Source of the DNA: Chiloscyllium plagiosum
Lineage: Eukaryota
DNA length: 64,000 nucleotides
Reading direction: 5' to 3'
Assembly: GCF_004010195.1 (NCBI RefSeq)
Contig: NC_057720.1
Location: 7,226,328 to 7,290,327, forward strand
Part shown: positions 1 through 13,360 of the stretch, piece by piece
Layout: the number at the start of each line of letters is the position of its first letter
How positions within the stretch are numbered: position 1 is the first letter of the stretch
Notes under the pieces: model-generated
Databases searched by the model: none
What the model was told of the DNA's origin: nothing
The model's input: the letters and a program-made list of their open reading frames with translations, nothing else
Translations under genes and position numbers: made by a program

Positions 1-155
1 CTTGTTCATGAAAGAGTTAACTGGCGGTGTGTTTGACCTGAGTATCACCGTAGCTCAGGAAAGGGGAAGCGGTTGAGAATGAAACGCTTTCACAGTAACT
101 CTAGGTAGTGCAGGAATTGAACCCATGCTGTTGAACCATCGAACCGACTGAGCTA
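1..155 (-). mobile_element. SINE-D fragment (tRNA-like head)
   Basis: Similar to 20960-21135 and to the reverse complement of 26275-26390; minus strand has B-box-like GGGTTCAATTCC. Confidence 0.55.
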
Positions 156-780
156 TAGTGTGCGCAAACTAATTATGAGCACAGTTTCCAAGTAGGTACT
201 TGAAACATCCGCGTCATCACAAAGATCATTCCGGTAAGGTCATGCTGAATTATATTTTCATGAGTAATGATGCAGGGCAGGTGAGTCACAACAAGTGGAG
301 AAAGACAGAACACGATGATCAAATGTTGACATCATTTGACGGGACTCACTCAGGGATTAAGTCAGAGGTCGCAAGCAATGAAGGGGACAGTAGGGAAGGT
401 TGAGTCTTGGTGTGCACTATGCCCTTTCACCTTTCGGCGATCCTTTCATTTTCTCCAAGTCCATCCAATACAATCACTGCTCCTGAATAGTGCCTGGCTC
501 TTCAGAAGATTCCTCTGGATGCTGTGTGTGGTCCATTTGTAAATGTGCCTTTTCTAAATGTACTTACGATGCCACTGCACACATCAGCAAACTCTTAACC
601 CTAGAGGTAATGAGCAATGACAAAACTTGCAATTCTCTCTCTCGCTTTTACAATTAAAACACTATGTACTAAAACTTGTCTGTTTGTAATCACTCACGGT
701 TGTAAACCTAACCGAGCATTAAGGGACATTCAGTGCAAGAACTGTCCGATTAGTCTCGCCAGCTTGCTCTGTTATTTAAT

Positions 781-988
781 GATGTGGAGATGCCAGTGTT
801 GGACTGGGGTGGACAAACTCAGAAGCCACTTGACACTGGGTTATAGTCCAACAGGTTTATTTGAAATTACAAGATTTCGGAGCACAGCTCCTTCGTCAGA
901 TGAAGTGATGAAGAAGCAACATTCCAAAAGCTCGTGATTTCAAATAAACTTGTTGGACTATAACCTGGAGCCAAGTGACTTCTGACTT
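781..988. mobile_element. Penelope-like element terminus, family P1, palindromic
   Basis: Arms ~817-900 and ~905-988 are inverted repeats; minus strand reads CTGACGA-A-GGAGC-TGT-GCTCC-GAAA. Confidence 0.75.
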
Positions 989-1462
989 CATTTAATGAGA
1001 TTATAGATATTCAACCCTACTCATCCTCCCCAGCACTCAAGGTGACAAAAGCCAAACAATTTGCTATGTCAATATATGAGTGTGTGTTGTGTGTGTGAGA
1101 GAGAGAATGTGTGCGAGTGTGCATGTGTGAAAGAGAGTGAGTGTATGTGATTATGACTGTGTATGCATGTCCTTGACTTTGAATTGTTTTTAATTTAAAT
1201 AATTTTATTGTCACATGTATTTTCTAGTGAGAAAAACAGCAAAATACAGTTTCTCCACTGTCATCATGATTTGGGGTCATTTTAAATAGTTTTAAGAATA
1301 AGAAAACAAAAAATCTAGCTTAAAGAGAGTCCATCGATCCTGAGTCAGCTCATCATCAACGATACCTGCATCACTATGCCTCTCCACCACCTCTCTGTCG
1401 TCTACCCTACCAACCTCAAGTTGCCACTCTTTAGGTGCCATCTGTCACCTTCAGAATAACTG

Positions 1463-1880
1463 TTGTTGTGTGTTTGTGCATGTGTCAGTGTGTGTGTGCA
1501 CATGTATATGAGAAAGTGTGAGTGTGTGTGTATGTGTGCATGTGGGTGCATGTGTGCTTGCGTGAGTGTGTCTGTGGGTTTGTGTATGCTTTCATCATCA
1601 TGCGCATTTGTGTGTAAGTGCATGTGCTTGCTTATGTATGTGTGTGCATGTGTGTGCTTGCGTGTGTTTGCATGAGTGTATATGTGCGTGTGTATGTGAG
1701 TGCATTTGTGCATGTAAGACAGCATGCGCATGTGCATGTATGCATGTGGGTGTGTATGATTGTGTGAGTACATGTGTGTATCTCTGGGATAGATACGGGG
1801 TGGGGCATGAGGATGGATGTGGGTGCGTGAGTACATGTGTGTATCTCTGGGGTAGATATGGGGTGGGGCATGAGGATGTG
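1463..1880. repeat. Degenerate (GT)n low-complexity tract with a ~52-bp direct repeat (1764-1815 / 1828-1878)
   Basis: Seen directly. Confidence 0.9.
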
Positions 1881-3629
1881 TGAGGAAATAAGCACCCAAT
1901 GCTTCTCAAAACCTGTTTCTTTTTACTTGTTCTGAAGATTAAGGTCAAAACAAAATCTTCAAAACGTACAAGTTTCAATCTGAAAACATCTACCAATGAT
2001 CATCCGACCAAATCTCTTTCTTCCTGACCAATCTCACTGGAAGATCCAGAAAGTAAGATCACCTGCTGAAGTCAGATATCGACAGACTTAAAGGGACAGA
2101 AGGAAAATGGAGGGGATGATCAACCATCGTCTATTGAAATGGCAGAGCAGGTTCGATGGGTTAAATGGCCTGTTTCTGTTCCCATTCCCTCTTTATCCTC
2201 AAAAGTCTTTGGTGTGCAAGATTCTACAGCCCTCAATGCAATTTGCAAAGCATGGAACAGGAACGCCCCAATGTAATTTATTGTGCAGAGACTTAAAAAC
2301 AAAATCGATAGCCTTGTTCTGCTGATTTAGCAGCGGGTTTCTGTTTTGTCAAGATAACATTTGTATCTTCTGCCGAGTACTGAAACTATCGGAGATTTAG
2401 AAGGGATCATTAGACTTTGGTATGCTTTGCTTTTCGTCCTCAAATGACTTCCTCACTCGTCCTGTCAATTCATGTCACCTCTGACACTGTGTTATTGGTG
2501 GAGCTCCTGACTCAGACCCCACTGACCTATTCCCACTTCCCCCACAGACCTCTTACAGACACGTCCTCACCTAGAGAGACACCACGTCCTACGAAAGCTG
2601 AGGTATGGAAATAATAAATTAAGAAAACGTCATTAACTCCTGCCGAGGGGCATTATTCAGCAGTGCTCGGTGGAAGATTAAAAATGCAGAAAAAAACCTC
2701 ACTGCCTTGAACAAATATCCTGGAATTAAAATGAGAAGCTCAGTGTATCATGACACACTAAAAAAGATAGCCCCAAGACAGACCGTCAAGCATGGAGAGA
2801 GGTTTCATCTCTGCATTAGAACTTTTGTACCATCTGGATTAAGAATATAATACTCTAATGCTTAATTAATGTGATTTGCAGACACATCCTCTGTTTGAAA
2901 CAAGAAATTGCAATCCTTACCAAAAAGAAGTGAAAAAAAAACAGTTTAACTTGTTAAAGTTATGTAATCACAGGCTAATTAAACATCAAACAGGATGAAA
3001 TAATTTTGCAGTGAAAGGGCTTGTATCCCATGGGCAAAGAGATTAAAATTCAAACTGCTTGGGTCACCTATGGATAATGCACAGAGTCACTGACATTGCT
3101 GAACGTGGTTTTGAATGTGTGCATCTACGAACATTCTGCTCTCTGCTCATCAAAGTGCCTGGGTTCTTCCTATGCAATGCTTCAATCGGAAATACTCATC
3201 AAGCCCAAGACGAGAGCCTTTCTCAAGTGGCCACTGTCCATGTGTGAACTCTGACAGCGAGCTCTGGTAGATGCTGACCCTGAAAGCTATGCTGTCAAAC
3301 TCAATTCATACGGACTGTCTGATCTGAAACGTGGTACTTGACATGAGCCACATTCAACAGAGGTCCTTTGGACACGCTCGGGATAGAAAGTGGGATTTGT
3401 TCTGCCTGTTTCTTTCTGCAACATCTTATGTTGGTATTGATGTGTTAATTAAATTGTTAAGGTATATACGTGGGGCATTGGTTAATGAAGTGCTCTTTCA
3501 GACAGTAAGGGTCTTGAGGGGCAATGGTAGTGCCCCTATCTCTGAGTCAAGATCCCCAAGTCCAAGTCCCACCTACTCCAGAGGTGTGACATGACATCTC
3601 TGAACAGGTAGGTTACAACAAAGCATGGG

Positions 3630-3985
3630 GAGAGTGATGGCCTAGTGGTATTATCACTGGACTATTAATCTACAGAAGCAGGTAATGTCCTGGGGACCTG
3701 AATTTGAATTCAGCCACGGCAGATGGTGAAATTTGAATTCAATAAACATTTAGAATTAACTGTCTAATGATGACCATGAACCCACAGTCAGATTATTGGA
3801 AAAACCCATCTGGTTCACTAATGCCCTTTAGGGAAGGAAACTGTCATCCTTACCTGGTCTGGCCAACATGTGACTCCAGACCAACAGCAATGTGGTTGAC
3901 TCTTAACTGCCCTCTGGGCAAATAGGGATGGGCAATAAATGCTGGCCCCGGCAGCGATGTCCCCATCTCATGACTGAATAACAAA
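3630..3985 (+). mobile_element. SINE-B (tRNA-derived head), near full length
   Basis: A-box-like TGGCCTAGTGG and B-box-like region; body ...agggaaggaaactg...gactccagac...; tail agggatgggcaataaatgctggcc. Many other copies in the window. Confidence 0.75.
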
Positions 3986-4049
3986 AGAGATTGCTTGGGA
4001 TACATTATTCTGTCATGGAGTGCAGGTCACTAGCATGGCCAATATTGTA

Positions 4050-4175
4050 CTAAAAGGAAAGTGCTAGAGATCTGAAATAATCACAAAGCGTGCTGGTAAA
4101 ACTCAGCAGGTCTGGCACCCTTAGTGAGGAGAGAAGGCAGAGTTAACATTTTGAGTCTGACATGACTCATCTTTG
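4050..4175 (-). mobile_element. Penelope-like terminus, family P3, degraded
   Basis: aaactcagcaggtctggca...cagagttaac matches the reverse complement of 27781-27920 and 62960-63100. Confidence 0.6.
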
Positions 4176-4490
4176 TAACATTTCTTGCCCATCCCTAACT
4201 GCTCTTGTACTGAGTGGCTTGCTCGGCCATTTCAGAGGGCAGTTAAGAGACAAGCCCACTGTTAGGGGCCTGGAGTCACATTTAGGCCAGGCTAGGAAGG
4301 ACAGCACATTTCCAAACTGAGGAGGAAGACTGGTTTCATTTTCTTACCATAGCTGGCACAATGACTAATTATTGAATTTAACTTCCACCAGGTCCCATGG
4401 TGGGACTGAAAAGCACCTTCCATGGGGCATTAGCTTGGGCTCCTAGTTTACCAATCCAGTGACACTAGCACATGCCAACATCTCCTCCAC
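4176..4490 (-). mobile_element. SINE-B copy
   Basis: Reverse-complement similarity to 3630-3985. Confidence 0.6.
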
Positions 4491-5530
4491 TATTGATCGG
4501 AAGGTTCAAAGTTGAGAAGCTTAATGATGCTTTATGTGAATAAGATTGTCAACAAGGAAAGCATTAATGTCTAGTTTCTTATGGCATTGACTGGCTTGGG
4601 AATGGACTAACATTTGATTTGTGTTTCACTGCTAAAGGACTGTGTTGGGAGTTTACAAAACCAAGCAATTCTGACACTTTCGATTCAGAAGTAACTTATC
4701 TCGAGTGATATATACGCTCAAACTACTTCCCATCTCACTTCTAACAAGGCTCACGGCCGGGCGAGATATATACAGAAGGCAAAAGGACGATGGACTGCCT
4801 GGGATGAAGGACGAACCAATTGTCCGGTATGTCAGTATATCTCCCAGGAACCGCCTCAAAAGCTCTTGAAGCAAAAAGCCACATCCAGTTTGCATGCCAC
4901 ACGGAGATGAATGAACATTTAAATCTTTTTCTTTGGCATTATTGATTGAAGGAACAGTGTCAGCTAGAACAGGAGAACTCCCTGCTTGTCTGTGCGGGTT
5001 CTTGTTTCAAGAATCATGGACTGATGTAAAACAGGACTGAATTGAAATATTGAACACCAGTCAGGGGTGAGAACTGACATAGCCCCAAGCAAATCCAATT
5101 ACTGGTGACCAAGCACTGCACTGCTTCCTTTTGTGTCTTGATACAATTTTCATGGTTTTAATTTAGAAGGAAAAAAAGCATGAATTTTACAGTAGATTCC
5201 TTTCTATTATGAAGTGACAGATCGAACAGTCTGTCTAGCGCATACAGAAGCGGGCCAGAGAACACTTGATTGCTTCATAAGCTCAAACGCAATTTTCACT
5301 CCACCACGAAGAACTCACATGAAGCTGGCTGCTCTGATGGATGGCTGGTGCAGGCAGTTTCCCGGTGAAAAGAAATGAAACTAAAGTGTCCCCATTGAGG
5401 GGCAGAGGCACAGGATCAGCAGAGTACTCCACCCTTAACGACAAACATTTCTTTTTTTTTGTTCACAGGATGTGGGCGTCAGTGGCCAAGCCAGCATTTA
5501 TTACCCATTCCATAAACCCTTGGTTGTGAA

Positions 5531-5875
5531 GGTGGCACAGTGGTTCAGTGGGTAGCACTGTTGCCTCACAGCGCCAGGGCCTGGGTTCGATCCCAGCCTT
5601 GGACAACCGTCTGTGTGGAGTTTGCACATTTTCCCTGTGTGGGTGTCCTCCGGGTGCTCCACTTTCCTCCTACTATCCAAAGATGTGCAGGTTCGGTGTA
5701 TTGACCATGCTAAATTGCCCATAGCATTCAGGGATGTGTAAGTTAGGTGCATTAATCAGGGGTAAATGTAGAGTAATAGGGTAGGGGGAATGGGTCTAGG
5801 TGAGTTACTCTTCGGAGGGTCAGTGTGGACTTGTTGGGCTGAATGGCCTGTTTCCATGCCGTAGAGATTTTATGA
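5531..5875 (+). mobile_element. V-SINE (HE1-like)
   Basis: tRNA-like head, V-domain (gtgtggagtttgcac...gggtgctcc...ccaaagatgtgcaggtt) and CR1-type tail. Confidence 0.9.
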
Positions 5876-6039
5876 ACTCATAGTGTAGAACTTTACGTAA
5901 ATGTAAGGAGTAGAGAGACAGATTTACAATTCATAAAAGGATGAAGGGTTATGGAGAGCGGGCAAGACAGTGAAGTTGGAGTTGAGATAAGAGTGGCAAT
6001 GATTGTATTAAATGGCTGGAGCAGGCTCAAGAGGTTGAA

Positions 6040-6360
6040 TTGCGTAATCCCAGAGGACAACTAATAGACAACCACATTGTTGTCGGTCTGCAGTCACATG
6101 TTGGCCCACACCCGTAAGGATGGCAGACTTCTTTCCCTAAAGGCCATGAGTGAAGCAGCTAAGTATTCCATCCCTCTCCCCCACCACTAACAACAGGCAA
6201 CAATTTAATGGCTGTCTTTGAAATCTTAATTCCTGATTTATATTGGATTCAAACTGCACCACGTGCCATCGCAGGATGTGAACTCATGTCCCCAGAATAT
6301 TACTTGGGTCTCTGGATTAATTATCTAGCAGTAATATCATTAAACTATCACTTTCCCAAC
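6040..6360 (-). mobile_element. SINE-B copy, degraded
   Basis: Reverse-complement similarity to 3630-3985. Confidence 0.6.
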
Positions 6361-6369
6361 CTTGTGGTC

Positions 6370-6875
6370 ATGGAGCTGCATTGAGGGCAGTTCAAAGAAC
6401 TTTCACTCAATTGATTCAAGAGTTGAGGGGTTTGCCATATGATGAGAGGTTGAGCAGGCTAGGCCTATACTCGCTGGAGTTTACAAAAATTCGAGAGATA
6501 CGTAAGATGCTGAAGGGGATTTACAAAGTAAACCTCGTGAGGATGTTTCCCCTTGTGGAACATCTAGGGTGAGTGGTTATTGTTTTCGAATAAGGTGGGA
6601 GGTTTAAAACTGAGAAGAGGAGAAATTACTTTTCTCAAAGAATCATGGAACTGTGGAATTTACTCCCCCCAGAGTGCGGTGGGTGCCAGGAGATGATGTA
6701 AATTTAAGGAACAAAGAGACAGATTTTCAAATTGATAATGGGTTGAAGGGTTACGGAGAGCAGGCAGGAAAGTGGACTTGAGGCCAAGATGAAGTCTGCA
6801 ACGATTGTATTAAATGGTGCAGCAGGTCAGAGGGGCTGAATGGCTGTCTCTAGCTCCTCGTTTTTCTGTTCTTAT
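6370..6875 (+). mobile_element. CR1 LINE 3' fragment
   Basis: Translates VQRTFTQLIQELRGLPYDERLSRLGLYSLE (CR1 ORF2 C-terminus), followed by 3' UTR. Confidence 0.85.
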
Positions 6876-8407
6876 CCCTGGTACATTTTCATGGACCATA
6901 ACCATCACAAGCAATGTCACTGGAACATGATCAGATATCAGGCAATGATATCAAGCTAATTCTTAATGATCCCTTAGGTCAGGTGACCCACAGCTTGGTC
7001 AAAGAGACAGTTTTTAAGAGACATCTTAACATAAGATAACAGGGTGGCAGATCGATACACTCCAGACACTGCAGTGCACTGGAAAGCACAGCATTTTGTA
7101 TTAGTACTGTGTATGCGTGGGCAAAAATTAAAGTTAAAGTACCTCATATCAAAGAAAAAGTGCTCACAGACGATGGTGAAATTTTAAAGGGAACATTGCT
7201 AAGAGAGGGATTTCCACAGATAAGCTATGTTTATCAATGGCATAATTAAAACTCCGAGGATCAGCAGAATTAGAGGAACACCCTTCACAAAATACTAAAG
7301 TTCACCTTGAATTTTGAATGGACATGATGATCAGAGGCAAAGGTGCCACCAACCAAACCAATGTGAAATACTTGCCTCATGAGAGGTGAATCTAACAGTG
7401 ATCCGCTGTAACAATGAAGGGCTTGAATGGGCGAGGACCAACAAAGGTTATCATCCTCTCTATTTACGAATTCAGCTATCGATCATCCACTGCAATTTCA
7501 GGTCTGCTAACATCAAACTACATGTAATTCCCTCTTCCCACTCATCTGGCTGTGCAAACAAACAAGATTGCAACTGAATCCTTGAGTTGCATTATGGTCT
7601 ATGTTGTTACAAGGCTTTCTGGATGCATTCAGTAATTATGCATCATTTTGTGACAATTTACTTCGGGTCTCGGAGAATTGGAGCTGATCAGACCTCGGAT
7701 GAATGGTCCATTACGAAGACAGGCTGTTTCTGCTGACAACCAGCCTCCTCCACTGTCCCCATTGAGATTCCATCCTCTGTCAGGAGTGATAAATGTAACA
7801 GATCCGAATATATGCCAGCCCTGCTTTTGAATAAAGAACTTTGCCTTCAGAAGATCTTGATCAAAGGATGGTCAGAACCACAGATAAAAGCGAGAGCAAA
7901 TAGGTTTAGTGGCTTTATTCAAGCTCAGAGGAGTACAAGATTGATGGAAAATTCAGGGGAAATGAAAAAAAAGTTGTCATTAAACAAATGGAAGCTCAAA
8001 TTGATTTTATTTTGAAAACTCGATTGATACTTGTTACTTGTTTCAAATGAATGGCTCAGTGGGGCAACTGCAAACATGAAACTAGTGCCAAATGCTCTGC
8101 TTTTCTGACTTATTCCATTGAACATGAACGTTATTGATAGGCCATCATTTACTCTTGATCCATAAATGCCCCTGATAAGGTGAGCTGCCTTCCTGAACTG
8201 TTGCAGTATGTAAAAAACACCTGTAGTGCTTTTAAAACAGAATCAATTCCAGCTATTTTGACCCACTATTACTGAGGACATGCCATTATTACATTTGTTT
8301 CTTTGAGGATTCATGGTAAGTGATTGCAGACTTTAATGCCTGGCCCCTGTGATTTTGTTTTAAAGGGTCACTAATAGGACCTTGGGGCATTTTATTTTTA
8401 CAAAGTG

Positions 8408-8715
8408 TCACAGGGACCTGGGTTCAAGTCCAGCCTCGGGCGACGGTCTGTGTGGAGTTTGCACATTCCCCCTGTGTCTGCCTGGATTTCCTCTGGGTGC
8501 TCTGGTTTCCTCCCACAGTCCCAAAATGTGCAGGTTAGGTGAAGTGGACATGCTAAATTTCCCACAGTGTTCAGGGATGTGTAGGCTAGATGCATTAGAC
8601 TAATGTATCTAAAATGTAGAGTAATAGGGGAGGGGACTGGCTCTGGGTGAGATACTCTTCGGAGGGTTGGTGTTGGGCCAAATGGCCAGTTCCCGCACTG
8701 TAGGGATTCTCTGAT
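8408..8715 (+). mobile_element. V-SINE (HE1-like), 5'-truncated
   Basis: V-domain and tail. Confidence 0.88.
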
Positions 8716-9274
8716 TTTGTGATACTTTTTGGAAAGTGCATGGTTGAGGCTAAATTAACCGCTAAGTCTACGAATTTGCTGGGATAACTCAAAGTCACAG
8801 GTCTTTAGTTAACTGCTGGATCTGCTGGAAATCACTTGCCTTGGGTTCGTGGCTTTGTTTCAGATATTGTTTGGCATTCAGTTGGGGTACAGCGAGAGAG
8901 AGAAGTCATCCAACTCCTCATTTGCCTTTCTCAGGGTATTATTTCAGAGAGCCCATTAATCCAGGTGTTCTCTCTGATAGTATCTGAAGGAATTATGTTT
9001 GATGATTTCTCATGAACTTTCTAGAATGAACTGCATTTCAGGATCCCCGTGACAACTGAGTATGTTTAGTGACATCCATATGGGTCAGGACACCGACTGA
9101 ATATCTCCTTCAATGTTTATTTCCCTCTTCTTTCTTTCTTGTTGAGAACTAACATTTATTGGCCAAAAGTGCTTTCCTCAAAGTTAATCTCTGCACAGAA
9201 TACATTTTTCTTCATTATCTGGTGTGTGTGCGTGTGTGTGTGAATGATATATATATGATATAAAATTACATATA

Positions 9275-9604
9275 CAGGTGCACAATCCTTTATCTGAAAT
9301 GCTCAGGATCAGCTGATTTTCAGAATTCAGAATTTTTCGAATTTCAGAATAAGTGACAGATTGATGGTGAAATTTTTTAAAATCTCACCAGAGGAGCAGA
9401 CTCACTCAGTAAAACAGGCCTTGAGACAGAACTGAGGCCTGCTAGCGCTGGACCACCCACCCCCACGTCGCATCTGAGTGATACACATCGAGTGGGTGTC
9501 AACTTGGCTTAACTGTTTGCACGCTAAACAACCTTGTTAATGAGGAAAAAACTTCACAAGTAAACCTTCGGACTTTAGATTTCGGATAAAGGGTTGTCTC
9601 TCTG
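9275..9604. mobile_element. Tc1/mariner-pogo type MITE
   Basis: TA|CAGGTGCACAATCCTTTATCTGAAAT ... ATTTCGGATAAAGGGTTGTCTCTCTG|TA: imperfect ~26-bp TIRs with TA duplication. Confidence 0.8.
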
Positions 9605-9689
9605 TATTTGTGTGGGAGTTGTTTGAAAAGATCAATCAAACAAGGCAAGTAGCAGTATTTAAGATGACATACGGTATATTTACCTTTTT

Positions 9690-10262
9690 TAACTGAGGCA
9701 TACAATTTAATTGCAGGGAGGTATTGAGGGAACTCTATAAAAAGTTGGTTAGGCCACAGCTGGAATATTGTGTGCAGTTCTGGAATTCATACGGTAGGAG
9801 GAATGTGATAGCACTGGAGATGGAGCAGAGGAGATTTACCAGGATGTTGTCTGGGCTGGAGAGTTTCAGTGATGAAGGGAGACTGGACAGACTGGGATTG
9901 TTTTCCTAAGAAGATTGAGTGGGGACATCATTCCGAAGTATAAAATTATGAGTAGGTAGGATTGATGGGAAGAAACCTTTCCCTTTGATTGAGGGATCAT
10001 TGACTAGGGAACATAGATTGAAGGTAATAGGCAGAAGGTATAGAGAGTGGTTGGAATCTGGAACTCTCTGCCTGTAAAGGTGGGAGACACAGAAACTCTC
10101 ATCATATTGAAGAAGCATTTAGATGTGCACTTGCAATGCCAAGGCACACAAATCCAAGGGCCAAGTGTTGGAAAATAGAACTCGAATAGTTAGGTGGTTT
10201 TTTTTACCAGTGCTGATATGCTGGGCCAAAGGGCCTTTTTCTGAGCTGTAGACCTTTATGAT
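9690..10262 (+). mobile_element. CR1 LINE 3' fragment
   Basis: LYKKLVRPQLEYCVQFW...QRRFTRML motif. Confidence 0.88.
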
Positions 10263-10664
10263 TCCATTACAATCCTGACTTGTGGCTTGTAGATGATGTT
10301 ATGTTGTGGTGCCATGCACGACATTTCTCCAAGGAGATTTCTGCTAATATCCCACTGAAGATACATTCATCTCTTGTTCTGTTTTGCCTCCTCTTCCATT
10401 GCAACTGTCATGACAGTGGTTTGTTTCCTCTAACTAAGGAGATTCCAAAAACAGGGGCACGGCCTCGGATTGAAGGGGCAGGCCCTTTGGATTGAGATGA
10501 GGAGAAACCTTTTTACTCTTGGAGAAATGAATCTTTGGAATTCTCCACTCCAACAGGCTGCTGTAGCTCAGTCACTGAGTATTTCCAAGCAAGAGATCAA
10601 TTGATGTTGAGAGACAAATGGTATCAATGGATATGGGGATAGTGCGGGGAAAACAACATTTAAG

Positions 10665-10990
10665 AATCATAGAATCCCTACAGTGTGGAAACAGGCCCTT
10701 CGGCCCAACAGGTCCACACTGACCCTCCAAAAAGTAACCCACTCTGATCCATTCCCCTACCCTATTACACTACATTTCCCCTGACTAATACGCCTAGCCG
10801 ACACAAACTTGAACACTGTGGGCAATTTAGCTTGCACATCTTTGGATAGTGGGAGGAAACCGGAGCACCCGGAGGAAACCCACGCAGGCACAGGGGAATG
10901 TGCAAACTCCACACAGTTGGCCGTGGCTGAAACTGAACCCAGGTCCCTGATGCTGTGAGGCAGCAGTGCTAACCACTGAGCCACTGTCAT
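10665..10990 (-). mobile_element. V-SINE (HE1-like)
   Basis: Reverse-complement V-domain; tail aatcatagaatccctacagtgtggaaacaggcc. Confidence 0.9.
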
Positions 10991-12323
10991 AACTTTTAAG
11001 GTTATGGGTCTAGTGTGGGAAACAGAGACTAACGTATATATTGTAGTAATGAATGTTTGGCAATGTAGACTTGATGGGCCAAAGGGTCTCTTCTGTACTG
11101 TATGATTCTATGACCAGCCATGATCTAGAATGGTGGAGGGGGAAGGTGGTCTCACCCTCCCCATGCAGGGCTATGGACTTGAGACTAAACCTCTGAGGGT
11201 GTCAGTCCGAACCTGACGTCCACATCAAAACTTATTCACCTGCCAATCTCCACTCAGGTGCAGAATGTCCTTCAACGATGAAAGAATAGAAGTTCAAAAC
11301 AAAATGCTCAAGATGCGTTATTTGATAAGCAGCTCATTGACAATGTTTTCCCTGATGTACTGTTATCCTTTAAATGGAAGCTGATTGTATCACCAGGGAG
11401 CTGGAATCAATAGTAATTAACTTGAATTTGTAAAATCCAAGTAAAAATGGATCAGAAACATTCCTCAAACATCTGTACTATGTATGCATCTAGGTCATAA
11501 AAGGGAAAGCAAATGATTGATTACATCAGAAATTCTTTACACTCATGTATTTATTTTTTTGGTTGATTATGTTTCCATCTGAAGATCCGATCTTTAAGAG
11601 CAACTCCACATCCCCCACCTTCTTGCAACGCATTTTTTGACAACAAAAAGTTGTAAGGAGAAACTAGGGAACTATAAACTATGTGTCCGACTTCGGTTGT
11701 GGGTAAGTTGTTGGAGGTGATTATAAATGATAGGATTTGTGGACATATAGAGAAGCAAAAATTGAGCAAGGATAGTCAGCGTGGCTTTGTGTGAGGAAAA
11801 TTGTGCCTCTCAAATTTGATTGAGCTTTTTGAGGAAGTTCCCAGAGCAGTAGACATTGTTTATTTGGATTTTAGTAAAGCCTTTGACAAGGTTCTGCAGG
11901 GTAGACTAATTAGTAAAGTCAGGTCACATGGGACTCGGTGAGCTTGCCAATTGGAATCAGGAATGGCTTAACAGCAAGAGACAGAGAATGGTGGTGGAAG
12001 GTTGCTTTTCAGACTGGAGGCCTGTGACCAGCGGTATTCCATGGGATCAGTTCTGGTTCCTGTTTTGTTTGTCATTTATGTAAATAATTTGGATGAGAAT
12101 ATAGAAGACATGGTTAGTAAGTTTGTGGATGACACCAAACTTGGTGGCATAGTAGACAGTGAGGAAGGTTTTCTAAGATTACAAAGGGATCTTGATCAAA
12201 TGGGTCAATCGGCTGAAAAATGGCAGATGGGGTTCAATCTGGATAAATGCGAGGTATTGCATTTTGGTTAAAACAAACATGGGTAGGGCTTATACAATTA
12301 ATGGTAGGCCATGGGTAGTGATG

Positions 12324-12514
12324 AAAATGTGTTGCTGGAAAAGCGCAGCAGGTCAGGCAGCATCCAGGGAACAGGAGAANNNNNNNNNNNNNNNNNNNNN
12401 NNNNNNNNNNNNNNNCGATTCTCCTGTTCCCTGGATGCTGCCTGACCTGCTGCGCTTTTCCAGCAACACATTTTCAGCTCTGATCTCCAGCATCTGCAGA
12501 CGTCACTTTCTCCT
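12324..12514. mobile_element. Penelope-like terminus, family P2, palindromic, with an N gap at its centre
   Basis: Inverted arms; TSD-like catgggtagtgatg (12310-12323) / catgggttgcgatg (12515-12528). Confidence 0.8.
12380..12415. other. Assembly gap (36 N)
   Basis: Seen directly. Confidence 1.
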
Positions 12515-13095
12515 CATGGGTTGCGATGTAGAACAGAGGGATCTAGGGGTTCAAGTACATAATTCTTTGAAGTTTGCGTCATATCTAGATGGGGTGGTTA
12601 AAAAGGAATGTGGCATGCTTGCCTTCATTGCTCAGTACTATTGAGTATCGAAGTTGGGATGCCATGTTGAGGTTATGCAGGACATTGGTGAGGCCTCTTC
12701 TAGAGTGCTGTATGCAGTTCTGGTCACTCAGTTATAGGAAGGATAGAGGCTCCTAAGAGATTTACCAGGATGATGCTGGGTATGGAAGGTTTAAGTTATA
12801 AAGTAAGGCTGGATAGGCTGGGTCTTTTTTCACTGGATCATAGGAGGTTGAGAGATGACCTGATAGACGTTTGTAAAAATAGTGAGAAGTATAGATAGAG
12901 TTAATGGCAGTTGTCTTTTCTCGAGGATGGTGGATTTCAAGACAAGGGGGCACATTTTTAAGGCGAGAGGACAAAAGACATGAAAGGTAATTTTTTTACA
13001 CGGAGCATGGTGTGTGTGTGGAATGAACTTCCTGAGGAAGTGGTGGATGTGGCCACAATTACAACATTTAAAAGATATTTGGATAAGTACATGAG

Positions 13096-13360
13096 TGGGT
13101 CTAGAGTCACATGTAGACCAGAGTAGACCAGACCAGACCAGACCAGGTAAGGGTGGCAGATTTCCTTCCCAAAAGGACATCAGTGAACCAGGTGGGTTTT
13201 TACAACATTTGAGAACAGTTTCATCATTAGACTCTTAATTCTAGATTTTTATTGAATTTAATTCTGCTCTCTGCCAAGGTGGGATTCGAACCAATGTCCC
13301 TGAACATTACCTGGACTTCTGGATCAACTGTATTGCAGTGTTACCTTTTTGCTTCCCTTT
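13096..13360 (-). mobile_element. SINE-B copy
   Basis: ggcagatttccttcccaaaaggacatcagtgaacc core. Confidence 0.7.

Larger units (their letters stand above)
11665..13095 (+). mobile_element. CR1 LINE ORF2 (RT) fragment, pseudogenised, interrupted by a P2 element
   Basis: GSVLVPVLFVIYVNNLD...SKFVDDTKLGG...FNLDKCEVLHFG; contains stops and frameshifts. Confidence 0.92.

Noticed and set aside
781..988. Treating P1/P2 palindromes as DNA-transposon MITEs or pre-miRNAs
   Set aside because: Variable-length TSDs, asymmetric arms, single-arm copies and the GIY-YIG remnant fit Penelope-like retroelements better
1402..1996. His/Thr- and Cys/Val-rich ORFs (also 18060-18714 and 39033-39688)
   Set aside because: Translations of (CA)/(GT) repeats and the minisatellite
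5531..5600. tRNA genes at V-SINE and SINE-B heads
   Set aside because: A/B boxes continue into SINE bodies and tails; no complete cloverleaf
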